Assembly (NCBI GenBank): GCA_947378905.1
Contig: CANCLV010000001.1
Coordinates: 8,556-72,555 of the forward strand
Direction: 5' to 3'
From: Opitutia bacterium
Lineage (GTDB): Bacteria > Verrucomicrobiota > Verrucomicrobiia > Opitutales > UBA953
Length of the DNA stretch: 64,000 nt
Of this stretch, positions 47,024-55,436 are shown piece by piece. Position 1 is the first letter of the stretch, and every line of letters starts with the position of its first letter. The position numbers and the translations under genes were made by a program. A model generated the notes under the pieces. It was not told the origin of the DNA and made no database searches. It was given only the letters and a program-made list of their open reading frames with translations.

Positions 47024-49750
47024 ATGGCAAAAAAATCTTCCAAGGCCCCTTCTGCAAAAACTGATAGCTCGGTTTTAAAGACATTAGTGATCGCTGAAAA
47101 GCCATCCGTTGCTGCGGATTTGGCTAAAGTTCTCAAGGTTTCAAAGTTAGGCGATGTATTCGAAAACGACGAGTGGATTATTAGTTCAGCAGTCGGTCAC
47201 TTAGTTAAATTGAAGGACCCGGAAGACCTTGATCCGAAATATAAACGCTGGACGCTAAAAGATCTACCCATCCTTCCCGATAAATATGACGGCACGGTTG
47301 ATACCAGTATTCTCAAAGCCATTATTGGTGACCGCCAAGACGGTACACGCTTCAAACTTTTAAAAGAACTCATCAAACGCAGTGACGTGGGTACCATCGT
47401 CAATGCTTGCGACGCCGGACGTGAAGGTGAACTGATTCTCCATTACATCTACAAACTGATTGGCCGAGAACTTCCCGTGAAGCGACTCTGGCTCACGAGT
47501 ATGACAAACGACGCTATTCAAAGTAGCTTCGATAATCTTTTAACCAGTGAAGCAAAGGCTGGCTTACGCGATTCAGCTGTCGGACGTTCGCAGGCTGACT
47601 GGCTTGTAGGACTTAACGCGAGTCGCCTTTGCACATTAAGAATTGGTGCACGCAGCGAGTCCTATCCTGCCGGTCGAGTACAAACCCCTACTCTCATGTT
47701 GATTGTCGAACGCGAATTAGAAATCCGTGCGTTCCAACCCAAACCTTTCTGGAAAATTGAAGCCTACTTTAATATTAAGTCAGGACAGTATAAAGGAGTA
47801 GCCCAGGTTCCCGGCGTAACCGATCGCAAAGAAGCTGAACGTTTCTTCGATGAAGCATCCGCTAAGAAAGTTTCCGAAGAGAGTCTCAAAATTGGCGTCG
47901 GAACTGTCACAGATGAATGTAAGCCTAAGAAAGAAAGCGCACCTCGTCTATTTGACTTAACCACCCTCCAACGTGAAGGGAATCGTCGCTTCGGTTTCTC
48001 AGCTAAAACCACTCTCGGTGCAGCCCAAGCTCTTTACGAAAAACACAAGGCACTCACCTACCCTCGTACGGATTCACAGTACTTGCCTGAAGATCACTTA
48101 CCAACCGCTAAGAACGTATTGGAATCTTTAATCCAAGGCCACTCAGTCGGTAATTTCGCTAAAGAAGTTTTATCCAAGGGCTGGCTTAACTCGGCCGGCA
48201 AACGCGTTTTTGATAATAAGAAAGTCAGCGATCACTTTGCGATTGTGCCTACTGGCACCATTCCGAGCGGACTCTCAGAAGTGGAACAAAAAATTTACGA
48301 TTTAGTCGTACGTAGATTCGTCGGTGTATTCTTCCCGATGGCTGAGTTCGAAGAAACCGTTCGCACTACTCAGGTCGGTCAGTACAATTTCCGCACCACC
48401 GGTAAAGTTTTAGTCGTTGCCGGTTGGCGTGCTGTTTGGGGTCAAGAAGCCGAAGCGGAAGAGGACAAAGATAAAGAAGGTGCAGCGACACTTCCAGCTC
48501 TGAGCGATGCAGATGGCAAACCGCCACAAGCGAAGGTCGCCGATATCGATGTTAAACAAGACGCGACCAAACCTCCGGCACGTTTTAACGAAGCATCACT
48601 TTTAGGAGCGATGGAAAATGCTGGCAAGCTGGTTGACGACGATGCACTGGCAGAAGCTATGAAAGAACGCGGCCTAGGTACACCGGCTACCCGTGCGCAA
48701 ACGATTGAAGGTTTATTGGGTCAAAAATATATAGAACGACAAGGCAAAGAACTTGTCCCGATGGCTAAAGCTTTCCAATTACATCAATTCATTCACGCCA
48801 AAGGTTTATCCTTCCTCTCGGAGCCTCAACTCACCGGTGAGTGGGAATTTAAATTAAAACAAACCGAACACGGCGATCTATCGGTCAAGAAATTTATCGC
48901 CGACATTAAAGTACAGGTTGAAGATTTCATTAATAAAGGTCGCGTCGAACCTGAACCGACTGTTGTGCAACCTGAAGTCTTATCACCTTCGGACAAAAAG
49001 CCGATGATGACGAATGGAGAAAGTTATTTCTCTCAAGACCGTTCGGCGGATGGTAAAAAACCGATGGTCATTGTTTATAAGGGTGTTAACGGACACGAAG
49101 TTACTCCTGCCGAACTCGCTGAACTGATTGAGAAGCGTCGAATCGGACCATTCAATGACTTCAAGTCCATGAAGTCGGGCAAGAACTACACCGGCTATAT
49201 TGATCTTGTGGATGAAGATTCCATTGTCTCCTGGAAGAAGAAACCAGAAGAGGCACCAGCCAAAGATGAAAACGGAGTCGAAAAGCCGAAGCGTAAAACC
49301 AAACCCAAGCCACCGACTGGCAGACTCAAGGGTGTTCTCTATTTACCACCTCGCGAAGGAGCTGCCGGAAATCCCGACGCCTTTGACGCTGAGTGGCCAG
49401 TTCTGGGTAATTGCCCGGTATCAGGCCTCCCCGTTCAACAAACGCCTTCTGCAGGCTACCGCGTGTGCCCACAGAAGGCTGCGGAAGCTGGAGCTAAGAA
49501 GACTTTCGGCCTAAGTGCCGAAATGCTCAAATGCCCTATCACTCCAGAGGACATTAAGGCGTTACTGAATAATGGTAAGACATCTTTAAAGAAATTTATT
49601 TCGAGAAAGACCAATCGAGCTTTCGAAGCTTATTTAGTGGCGGACAAAGATAAAGGTTGGTGGTTCGAGTTTCCTCCGCGCAAGCCGAAGGGCCCTCGCA
49701 AAGCATCAGGCGAAACTTCCGAAAAGTCGTCCGACTCGAATCCTTACTAA
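47024..49750 (+). CDS. topB: DNA topoisomerase III with extended C-terminal region
   Basis: LVIAEKPS and DAGREGE (Toprim), plus active-site tyrosine region ALTYPRTDSQYL. The C-terminal ~290 aa are K/E/P-rich and carry two topoisomerase C-terminal-repeat-like modules (PMVIVYKGVNGHEVTPAE...NYTGYIDL and LKKFISRKTNRAFEAYLVADKDKGWWFEF). Confidence 0.9.
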   Translation: MAKKSSKAPSAKTDSSVLKTLVIAEKPSVAADLAKVLKVSKLGDVFENDEWIISSAVGHLVKLKDPEDLDPKYKRWTLKDLPILPDKYDGTVDTSILKAIIGDRQDGTRFKLLKELIKRSDVGTIVNACDAGREGELILHYIYKLIGRELPVKRLWLTSMTNDAIQSSFDNLLTSEAKAGLRDSAVGRSQADWLVGLNASRLCTLRIGARSESYPAGRVQTPTLMLIVERELEIRAFQPKPFWKIEAYFNIKSGQYKGVAQVPGVTDRKEAERFFDEASAKKVSEESLKIGVGTVTDECKPKKESAPRLFDLTTLQREGNRRFGFSAKTTLGAAQALYEKHKALTYPRTDSQYLPEDHLPTAKNVLESLIQGHSVGNFAKEVLSKGWLNSAGKRVFDNKKVSDHFAIVPTGTIPSGLSEVEQKIYDLVVRRFVGVFFPMAEFEETVRTTQVGQYNFRTTGKVLVVAGWRAVWGQEAEAEEDKDKEGAATLPALSDADGKPPQAKVADIDVKQDATKPPARFNEASLLGAMENAGKLVDDDALAEAMKERGLGTPATRAQTIEGLLGQKYIERQGKELVPMAKAFQLHQFIHAKGLSFLSEPQLTGEWEFKLKQTEHGDLSVKKFIADIKVQVEDFINKGRVEPEPTVVQPEVLSPSDKKPMMTNGESYFSQDRSADGKKPMVIVYKGVNGHEVTPAELAELIEKRRIGPFNDFKSMKSGKNYTGYIDLVDEDSIVSWKKKPEEAPAKDENGVEKPKRKTKPKPPTGRLKGVLYLPPREGAAGNPDAFDAEWPVLGNCPVSGLPVQQTPSAGYRVCPQKAAEAGAKKTFGLSAEMLKCPITPEDIKALLNNGKTSLKKFISRKTNRAFEAYLVADKDKGWWFEFPPRKPKGPRKASGETSEKSSDSNPY

Positions 49751-50526
49751 TTATTTTTCTCCCAAGGCTGACGTGGGATACGTTGGAGAATGGCGAGATG
49801 TAATTGTTCTTCCATAAACCTGAGATGCTCCAAGTCATCGGGCGCATGGTCATCTTCCTTGCTGAGTTTCTTTTGCCAAACATCGCGATACCAATCGTAG
49901 GCGGGTTTCATTTGTCCGCTTTCCCATAACGCACGAGCGCACATAAAATGTACAAACCATGGTGCATTTTTACTTTCAGACGCTCGTTTGTAATAAGATG
50001 CAGCGAGTGAAAAATCTTTGAGTTTCAACTCCGAGAGTTGTCCGGCTGAAATTAAGATCCCGACATTACCTCCGGTATACTTTACACCTTCCTCCATCAC
50101 ACGGATACCCTGCTGCGCGTATTTCTTAAATAAGTCATCTTGGATTTCAGCACTCACTTTAGCGTAACCGCCACGTTTACGTATTTCCCAGTGAGCCATG
50201 TCATATCCGACAACAAAGCCTGTATTCTCCCAGAAAAATCTAGCCCTTGGATCAAGTAAACAGGAGGTGCGCATCAGAGCTTCACATCCTGCACGATCAC
50301 GTCTCTCCCAAAGTACATAACTTCTAATCCAGGCACCATCGGCCACGACGGTGCGAAATCCTCCCAGGATACCCAGCAGCACACCCTGACCTAAACTCGG
50401 CTCAATTTGTTTTTTCCCCATCTCGGGTATCGAGACGCGAACCTTCGTCCAGGAAAGTTCCGCAATGACACCAGCCAACCCGAGACCAAAGATTGCGATT
50501 ATCCATTGGACACGAAGCGACTTCAT
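49747..50526 (-). CDS. Membrane-anchored hypothetical protein with helical-repeat (TPR-like) C-terminal part
   Basis: One N-terminal TM segment (WIIAIFGLGLAGVIA) and a second hydrophobic stretch, then W/Y-rich helical repeats. It is the last gene of the acyP-ABC operon, with a 1-nt overlap to the permease gene. Confidence 0.55.
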   Translation of the reverse strand: MKSLRVQWIIAIFGLGLAGVIAELSWTKVRVSIPEMGKKQIEPSLGQGVLLGILGGFRTVVADGAWIRSYVLWERRDRAGCEALMRTSCLLDPRARFFWENTGFVVGYDMAHWEIRKRGGYAKVSAEIQDDLFKKYAQQGIRVMEEGVKYTGGNVGILISAGQLSELKLKDFSLAASYYKRASESKNAPWFVHFMCARALWESGQMKPAYDWYRDVWQKKLSKEDDHAPDDLEHLRFMEEQLHLAILQRIPRQPWEKNN

Positions 50527-51374
50527 TAAATTTCCCTCTGACGGAAGATTAAACTGCCAATAAAAATAAATACTACGATATAGCAGGCGCCGGAAAATAA
50601 AGATAACGTCACTGCACCTTCGGCAACCGAGCCGTGATCCAACGTTAAAGCGTCACCGATATTAAACTGCTGTAAATTGGGAATAATATAAGTGGATACA
50701 GTTAATAATAATTTTGAAAAAAGGTTAAGATCGCCGGGCTTAAGCAAAGTCTCTTGCGCTAACCATTGGAGTTGACCGGCAACCACGAGCATCGAGCCGA
50801 CAATCACAGTGAAAAGAAAAGTACGTGCCAAGGAGGCGACCATCAGAATCATTGCTGCAACTACGCCGAGTCGAGCCCACTGCATACCGGTATAGGAAAA
50901 AAGGCCTGTAATACTGAGCTCTGGTGGGGCTTTGCCTACTTCTAAAGCCGCCGCTGTCAGTTCCTGGCACCGTGCCCACAGGATGATGCCCAGGAGCGTC
51001 GACAACGTAAAAATAAAGACACCTAAAACCAGCCACACACCGATAAATTTACCGACAAGGAATTCCGTCCGGCTCACGGGCTTGGCTAATAAGGTTAAAG
51101 CAGTTCGGTTATCCATCTCAGCAAAGAAAAGTTGAGCGGACATGACTACGGCGAGCACGGAGCCAAATAAGAACATGCCACCGAATCCAAAATCGCAGAC
51201 GAACTTCAATTCTCCGTGTCCGAAGTCTAAAAATCTAAATGAGACGGACGAAAGCACCAAAGCTGCGGAAAGCAAAATAAGGAAGGCGAAGAAGCGCTGA
51301 CGAATGGCCTCAAGAAATGTCAGTCGAGTCATCCACGAAATGCGCATAAGGGAAGATTTCATAAAATTAGGCAT
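50526..51374 (-). CDS. ABC-2 type transporter permease
   Basis: Six predicted TM segments. N-terminus MTRLTFLEAIRQRFF is typical of NosY/ABC-2-like permeases. 8-nt overlap with the ATPase gene. Confidence 0.75.
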   Translation of the reverse strand: MPNFMKSSLMRISWMTRLTFLEAIRQRFFAFLILLSAALVLSSVSFRFLDFGHGELKFVCDFGFGGMFLFGSVLAVVMSAQLFFAEMDNRTALTLLAKPVSRTEFLVGKFIGVWLVLGVFIFTLSTLLGIILWARCQELTAAALEVGKAPPELSITGLFSYTGMQWARLGVVAAMILMVASLARTFLFTVIVGSMLVVAGQLQWLAQETLLKPGDLNLFSKLLLTVSTYIIPNLQQFNIGDALTLDHGSVAEGAVTLSLFSGACYIVVFIFIGSLIFRQREI

Positions 51375-52224
51375 CGCGGCTCCCGGTCACGAGTTCACGG
51401 AATAAGTCATCGAGCGATCGACGCGGATGCGTGACGGATGTTATTTTTGCACCATGTTGTGCTAAAACTTCTTCGGCGGCTCGACGGGCCTCAGGTGTTA
51501 AGTTTTCTACGGTGATAATGTTTTGGTCACGACGGGTTAAAACATCATCCACCCTGCCCTCGAGTACTAATTTTCCTCGATCCATAATCGCAATACGATC
51601 ACAGACCTGCTCCACCTGACCCAGTAAATGCGAACAAAGGACAATGGTTTTACCCTTTGCTTTCATGGCTTTTATCATTTGGCCAATCGCCGCTGAGCCC
51701 ACGGGATCAACCCCTGCCGTCGGTTCATCCAGAATAACTAATTCAGGATCATGCACAATCGCTTGGGCTAATCCAATGCGCTGCAACATGCCCTTGGAAT
51801 ATGTACCAATCGTTCGGTCACCTGCCTCAGTCATCGCCGTTAATGCTAATGCCTGTTCCACTGCTTGATTAACCGATTCAGGTTTTACACCACTCAGTCG
51901 TGCACAATAGGCGACCAGCTCACGTCCGGTCAGGAACTTATGAAAGTAAGGTGCTTCGGGTAAAAACCCGGTGCGCGAACGAGCGGCGGTTGTCGCAAAC
52001 GGAAAACCAAGTATCGAAACTTCACCCGCAGTAGGAGCAACCAATCCTAAAATGATTTTTAAAGTCGTACTCTTGCCACAGCCATTGGGGCCGAGCAAAC
52101 CAAAGACCTGACCTCGAGGAATTTCAAAGGAGACATTATCGACCGCGCGTAGTTTCAATCCGCGTAGCCCAATACGGAAATCTTTAGTCAGTCCTTTAAC
52201 CGCAATCGCTGGACCAGTATTCAT
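51367..52224 (-). CDS. ABC transporter ATP-binding protein
   Basis: Walker A GPNGCGKST, signature YSKGMLQRIGLA, Walker B LVILDEPTAGVDP, and an H-loop SHL. Confidence 0.93.
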   Translation of the reverse strand: MNTGPAIAVKGLTKDFRIGLRGLKLRAVDNVSFEIPRGQVFGLLGPNGCGKSTTLKIILGLVAPTAGEVSILGFPFATTAARSRTGFLPEAPYFHKFLTGRELVAYCARLSGVKPESVNQAVEQALALTAMTEAGDRTIGTYSKGMLQRIGLAQAIVHDPELVILDEPTAGVDPVGSAAIGQMIKAMKAKGKTIVLCSHLLGQVEQVCDRIAIMDRGKLVLEGRVDDVLTRRDQNIITVENLTPEARRAAEEVLAQHGAKITSVTHPRRSLDDLFRELVTGSRDA

Positions 52225-52502
52225 TTTTTTATAATAAAGTTATTAGTAGTACGAACCCCAGAAAAATCTCTCTGTTCGACGCTTCTGATATGTCCATCGA
52301 GTGACTTTTCGATATTTTCGCAGAGCCCATCGATCTCTTTTTGCGACCCTTCGGCGTGTATATAAACCCGCCCATCAGTTAGGTTTTGTACGAAACCCGT
52401 TACGTCATAACCGCGGGCAATAGCGAGAACTTGGGCACGAAAACCCACCCCCTGGACGTGTCCAGTGTACCAAACTTCCCGATGGGAGACATGGGTTGAC
52501 AT
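52221..52502 (-). CDS. acyP: Acylphosphatase
   Basis: VQGVGFR phosphate-binding motif and a GFVQNLTDGRV segment. Length 93 aa. ATGA overlap with the ABC ATPase gene. Confidence 0.9.
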   Translation of the reverse strand: MSTHVSHREVWYTGHVQGVGFRAQVLAIARGYDVTGFVQNLTDGRVYIHAEGSQKEIDGLCENIEKSLDGHIRSVEQRDFSGVRTTNNFIIKK

Positions 52503-52566
52503 TTTAATGGTTTTAAGGACTGTTTCTATTAACTTCAGTCACGCAATCGCAATATCACACAACTCT

Positions 52567-52863
52567 ATGTACCTCCCCCTCGCTGAACTTGATGGTCCTA
52601 TTCTCTGGGCAATTATCATTGTCGCTGTACTCCTCTTCGGTGGTTCAAAGATTCCCGAATTGGCCCGCGGACTCGGTAAAGCTAAACGTGAATTTAAAAA
52701 AGCATCTGAAGATGTAAGCGACGAAGTTAAGAACGCGGTTGACGAAGACGATCGTCGCCAAGCTCGTCTCCGCGCACTCGAAGAAGAAGAGCGTGCCAAG
52801 ATTCGTGCCCGTTTAGAACAAGAAGAACGCAACAAACATCCAGGCGAAGGCCATAAGAACTAA
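52567..52863 (+). CDS. tatA: Twin-arginine translocase subunit TatA/E
   Basis: The start is set at ATG 52567. A TM helix ILWAIIIVAVLLFGGSKIPELARGLGKAKREFKKA (FG-hinge-amphipathic helix) is followed by a long E/R/K-rich tail. Confidence 0.85.
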   Translation: MYLPLAELDGPILWAIIIVAVLLFGGSKIPELARGLGKAKREFKKASEDVSDEVKNAVDEDDRRQARLRALEEEERAKIRARLEQEERNKHPGEGHKN

Positions 52864-52868
52864 TTTCT

Positions 52869-52893
52869 AGGGCCGGATAACGGCCCTTTTTTT
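52869..52893 (+). terminator. Rho-independent terminator after tatA
   Basis: AGGGCCG-gataa-CGGCCCT stem-loop (52869-52887, the final T being the first of the run) with a run of seven T (52887-52893). Confidence 0.8.
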
Positions 52894-52896
52894 GGT

Positions 52897-53487
52897 ATGT
52901 TTACTGGACTCGTCCAAGCCGTCGGTGAAATCAGCGCCATTGATAAAAAGCCCAATGGTGGGTGTATCCTTACGATTAAGAGTCCTCTGCTCAAAAATAT
53001 CATACTCGGTGAAAGCATCGCGGTGAACGGATGCTGCCTGACGGTTTCTGAATTTAATAACTACGAAGCCAAGTTCGTCTTACTAGAAGAAACGTTACGA
53101 CTTACAAACCTAGGCGATTTAATCGTCGGTAGCGTAGTTAATCTCGAGCCCAGCTTAAAACCCACGGATCGCATGGGCGGGCACTTTGTAACCGGTCACA
53201 TCGATAGTTGTGGCTTAATCAAGCACTGGGGACTCGATGGAGCTGATTGGAGATTAGATATCGAGCTGACCCCTGAACTATCCCGCTACGTGGTTAAAAA
53301 AGGCTGCATAGCCATCGACGGAATGTCTCTTACCGTTGCTGATGTTTTACCCAACGGAGTGAGAATTTGGATTATTCCCCACACCCTAGAGGTTACTAAT
53401 TTGAAATTAAGAAAAGTAGGTCATCGCGTGAATATTGAAACCGACCTCCTGGCTAAATATACTGAAAAACTTTTAGCTAAAAGTTAG
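52897..53487 (+). CDS. ribE: Riboflavin synthase (alpha chain)
   Basis: MFTGLVQAVGEI N-terminus, two lumazine-binding repeats (SIAVNGCCLTV and CIAIDGMSLTV). Length 196 aa. Confidence 0.95.
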   Translation: MFTGLVQAVGEISAIDKKPNGGCILTIKSPLLKNIILGESIAVNGCCLTVSEFNNYEAKFVLLEETLRLTNLGDLIVGSVVNLEPSLKPTDRMGGHFVTGHIDSCGLIKHWGLDGADWRLDIELTPELSRYVVKKGCIAIDGMSLTVADVLPNGVRIWIIPHTLEVTNLKLRKVGHRVNIETDLLAKYTEKLLAKS

Positions 53488-54137
53488 ACTCCGGAAATTT
53501 CGTTGAGTCGATTCTGGATTCGCAAAGCCACCTCTTCGTCTTTTTCCTCACGCTGCGGACAGGCGATACTTTCGAAGTGTATATCTACTTTGGAAAATGG
53601 AAGTGGAATAGAAAACTGATCCCAACTTTTCAGTTTAATCGCGCTATGAAAATTAATACCCAAGAGTAAAAATGGGCTGCGGGTAAGTTTAGCTAGTGCA
53701 ACAGCGCCCGGTTTACAAACTCGGCGTGGACCCTTGGGGCCATCGGGCGTGACGCCGGCATTGCGTCCATCTTTCACATTACGGGTGAGTTCAATGAGTG
53801 CCGAGGCCCCTCTTTTACTCGAGGAACCACGTACAGCGTGCAGACCCATGATTTTAAAAAAGGCGACGAGCCATCCACCGTCACGGCTGGTGCTGATTAA
53901 TGCCGTCACTGATCGGCAGAAGAATTTCTGAGCAATCAAGGGACTGATAAATAATCTCTCATGCCACAGCATTATAATCACTGGGCTGGCGTCATCACTG
54001 TAACCTTTAAAGTTAGATTGTATCCGCAATGTACCCAGCCAAAGCCTGAAAAATAATGCCAAAGGAAAAACCCAAACCCAATGATACCAGGAAACATTCA
54101 CGGGAACTTCAGGTTGATCTGACGGGGGCGTTGACAC
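53484..54137 (-). CDS. DUF374 / lysophospholipid acyltransferase-like protein
   Basis: N-terminal TM, then MLWHERLF, ISTSRDGG and GVTPDGPKGPRRV, which match the DUF374 signature. Confidence 0.75.
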   Translation of the reverse strand: MSTPPSDQPEVPVNVSWYHWVWVFPLALFFRLWLGTLRIQSNFKGYSDDASPVIIMLWHERLFISPLIAQKFFCRSVTALISTSRDGGWLVAFFKIMGLHAVRGSSSKRGASALIELTRNVKDGRNAGVTPDGPKGPRRVCKPGAVALAKLTRSPFLLLGINFHSAIKLKSWDQFSIPLPFSKVDIHFESIACPQREEKDEEVALRIQNRLNEISGV

Positions 54138-54175
54138 TCCCAGATGTAATAAGTTTTAATCTGAAAGTTCAAACT

Positions 54176-54724
54176 TTATCCCAGTAAACCCTTTAAAATC
54201 TTATCGCGGGATAAAAGGTGCAGCAACGGTGTCGCAAAGAGTTCGGGCTGTTCCTTCGTCCATTGTGAAACTTGTTGAGGCGTACGCCAGACGAGTGAGT
54301 CGACTTCAGGTCTAAATATATGAGCTTCATAATCCCCTTTTAACAGATACGAGACGACAAACTCATTTCCTAATCTTTCGTGACACGGGGCATAGTCTAA
54401 CTCGATTAAATTCGCAGACTGTAGGGTGATGCCCAGTTCCTCTCTAAACTCACGTACTGCCGCCTGAATATAATTTTCGCCGCTGTCTACATGTCCCGCA
54501 CAGGAACTGCTTAAGTATCCTGGGCTATTATCTTTCGCATAAGATCGACGCTGCAAACAGAGTTCCCCTGCTTGATTAAGCCAAAATATATGAACAGCAC
54601 GGTGACGAAGATGACGTTTGTGAATCTCTCCACGTGTCAGCGGATACAGAACTTTGTCGTTTTCATCAACGACATCAAAAACTTCATCAGGCGATTGACC
54701 GTATTCTTTATTCATGATGACCAA
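54176..54724 (-). CDS. NUDIX hydrolase (IDI-like subfamily by eye)
   Basis: NUDIX box GHVDSGENYIQAAVREFREELGI. The region HRAVHIFWLNQAGELCLQRRSYAKDNSPGYLSSSCAGH is colinear with E. coli Idi ([39 protein letters not shown]). Not all Idi metal ligands are obviously conserved, so no specific activity is assigned. Confidence 0.8.
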   Translation of the reverse strand: MVIMNKEYGQSPDEVFDVVDENDKVLYPLTRGEIHKRHLRHRAVHIFWLNQAGELCLQRRSYAKDNSPGYLSSSCAGHVDSGENYIQAAVREFREELGITLQSANLIELDYAPCHERLGNEFVVSYLLKGDYEAHIFRPEVDSLVWRTPQQVSQWTKEQPELFATPLLHLLSRDKILKGLLG

Positions 54725-55436
54725 GATCCATAATGGTGCTCCATCTTTTAGTTAATTCCCGGTCATGTTTTCTCCACTCGGGATCCCACAGGGCCAGTTG
54801 ATCCCAAAATCTATCTGAATGGTTCATGTGTAATCGATGAGCTAATTCATGGAGAATTACATGATCATGGATAAGTGGAGGAAGTAAAATGAGACGCCAA
54901 TTAAGTGAAAGTGTCCCTGTATGAGAACACGAACCCCAGCGAGTAGTTTGGTCGCGTACGCTGACCGATCCGACCGTTATCTTGGTCTTTTTTGCTAATC
55001 GGTTGACGGCTAAATTAAGTCCAGTCTCGGCCAATTTACGTGCAGCCCTAAGCGCTGCCTGCTCTTCGATGTCTTTCGGCAAAATTAAATCCACGGTCTC
55101 TGCTTCATGATTAATCTGAATCTGAGTCCGCCCACCATTTTTAATTTGTAGGGTCATAATACGGTCATCCATGGTCACCCAATTAAATTTAGAAAAGTGT
55201 TTTAAGAGATGGGGTTGAGTGGCCCGCGTCTTACTGAGTGCCTGCTCTAACCAAGGAATCTGATCGTCTAGAAAAGCCAATACTGCCCGCTGAGAGGTAT
55301 GGGGCGGATACGATAAAACAATCTTGGGACCAGGCTTAACCGATAATCGAACACGCGTAGAGCGCTCAGATATTTTTGGCCAAACCTCGACAGCCCGCCC
55401 AGCGACATGGACAATAATAGGCTCAACCGAAGACAT
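54708..55436 (-). CDS. YgjP-like M48/DUF45 family metal-dependent hydrolase
   Basis: HELAHRLHMNHSDRFW is the DUF45/YgjP HExxH...NHS..FW signature. 1-nt overlap with mazG. Confidence 0.85.
   Translation of the reverse strand: MSSVEPIIVHVAGRAVEVWPKISERSTRVRLSVKPGPKIVLSYPPHTSQRAVLAFLDDQIPWLEQALSKTRATQPHLLKHFSKFNWVTMDDRIMTLQIKNGGRTQIQINHEAETVDLILPKDIEEQAALRAARKLAETGLNLAVNRLAKKTKITVGSVSVRDQTTRWGSCSHTGTLSLNWRLILLPPLIHDHVILHELAHRLHMNHSDRFWDQLALWDPEWRKHDRELTKRWSTIMDLGHHE

Noticed and set aside
52864-52896. An FMN riboswitch upstream of ribE, and riboswitches or leaders upstream of trpB, metG, nadB and panD.
   Set aside because: The upstream gaps (33-96 nt) are too short or lack the conserved cores. 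The ribE gap is fully occupied by the tatA terminator.
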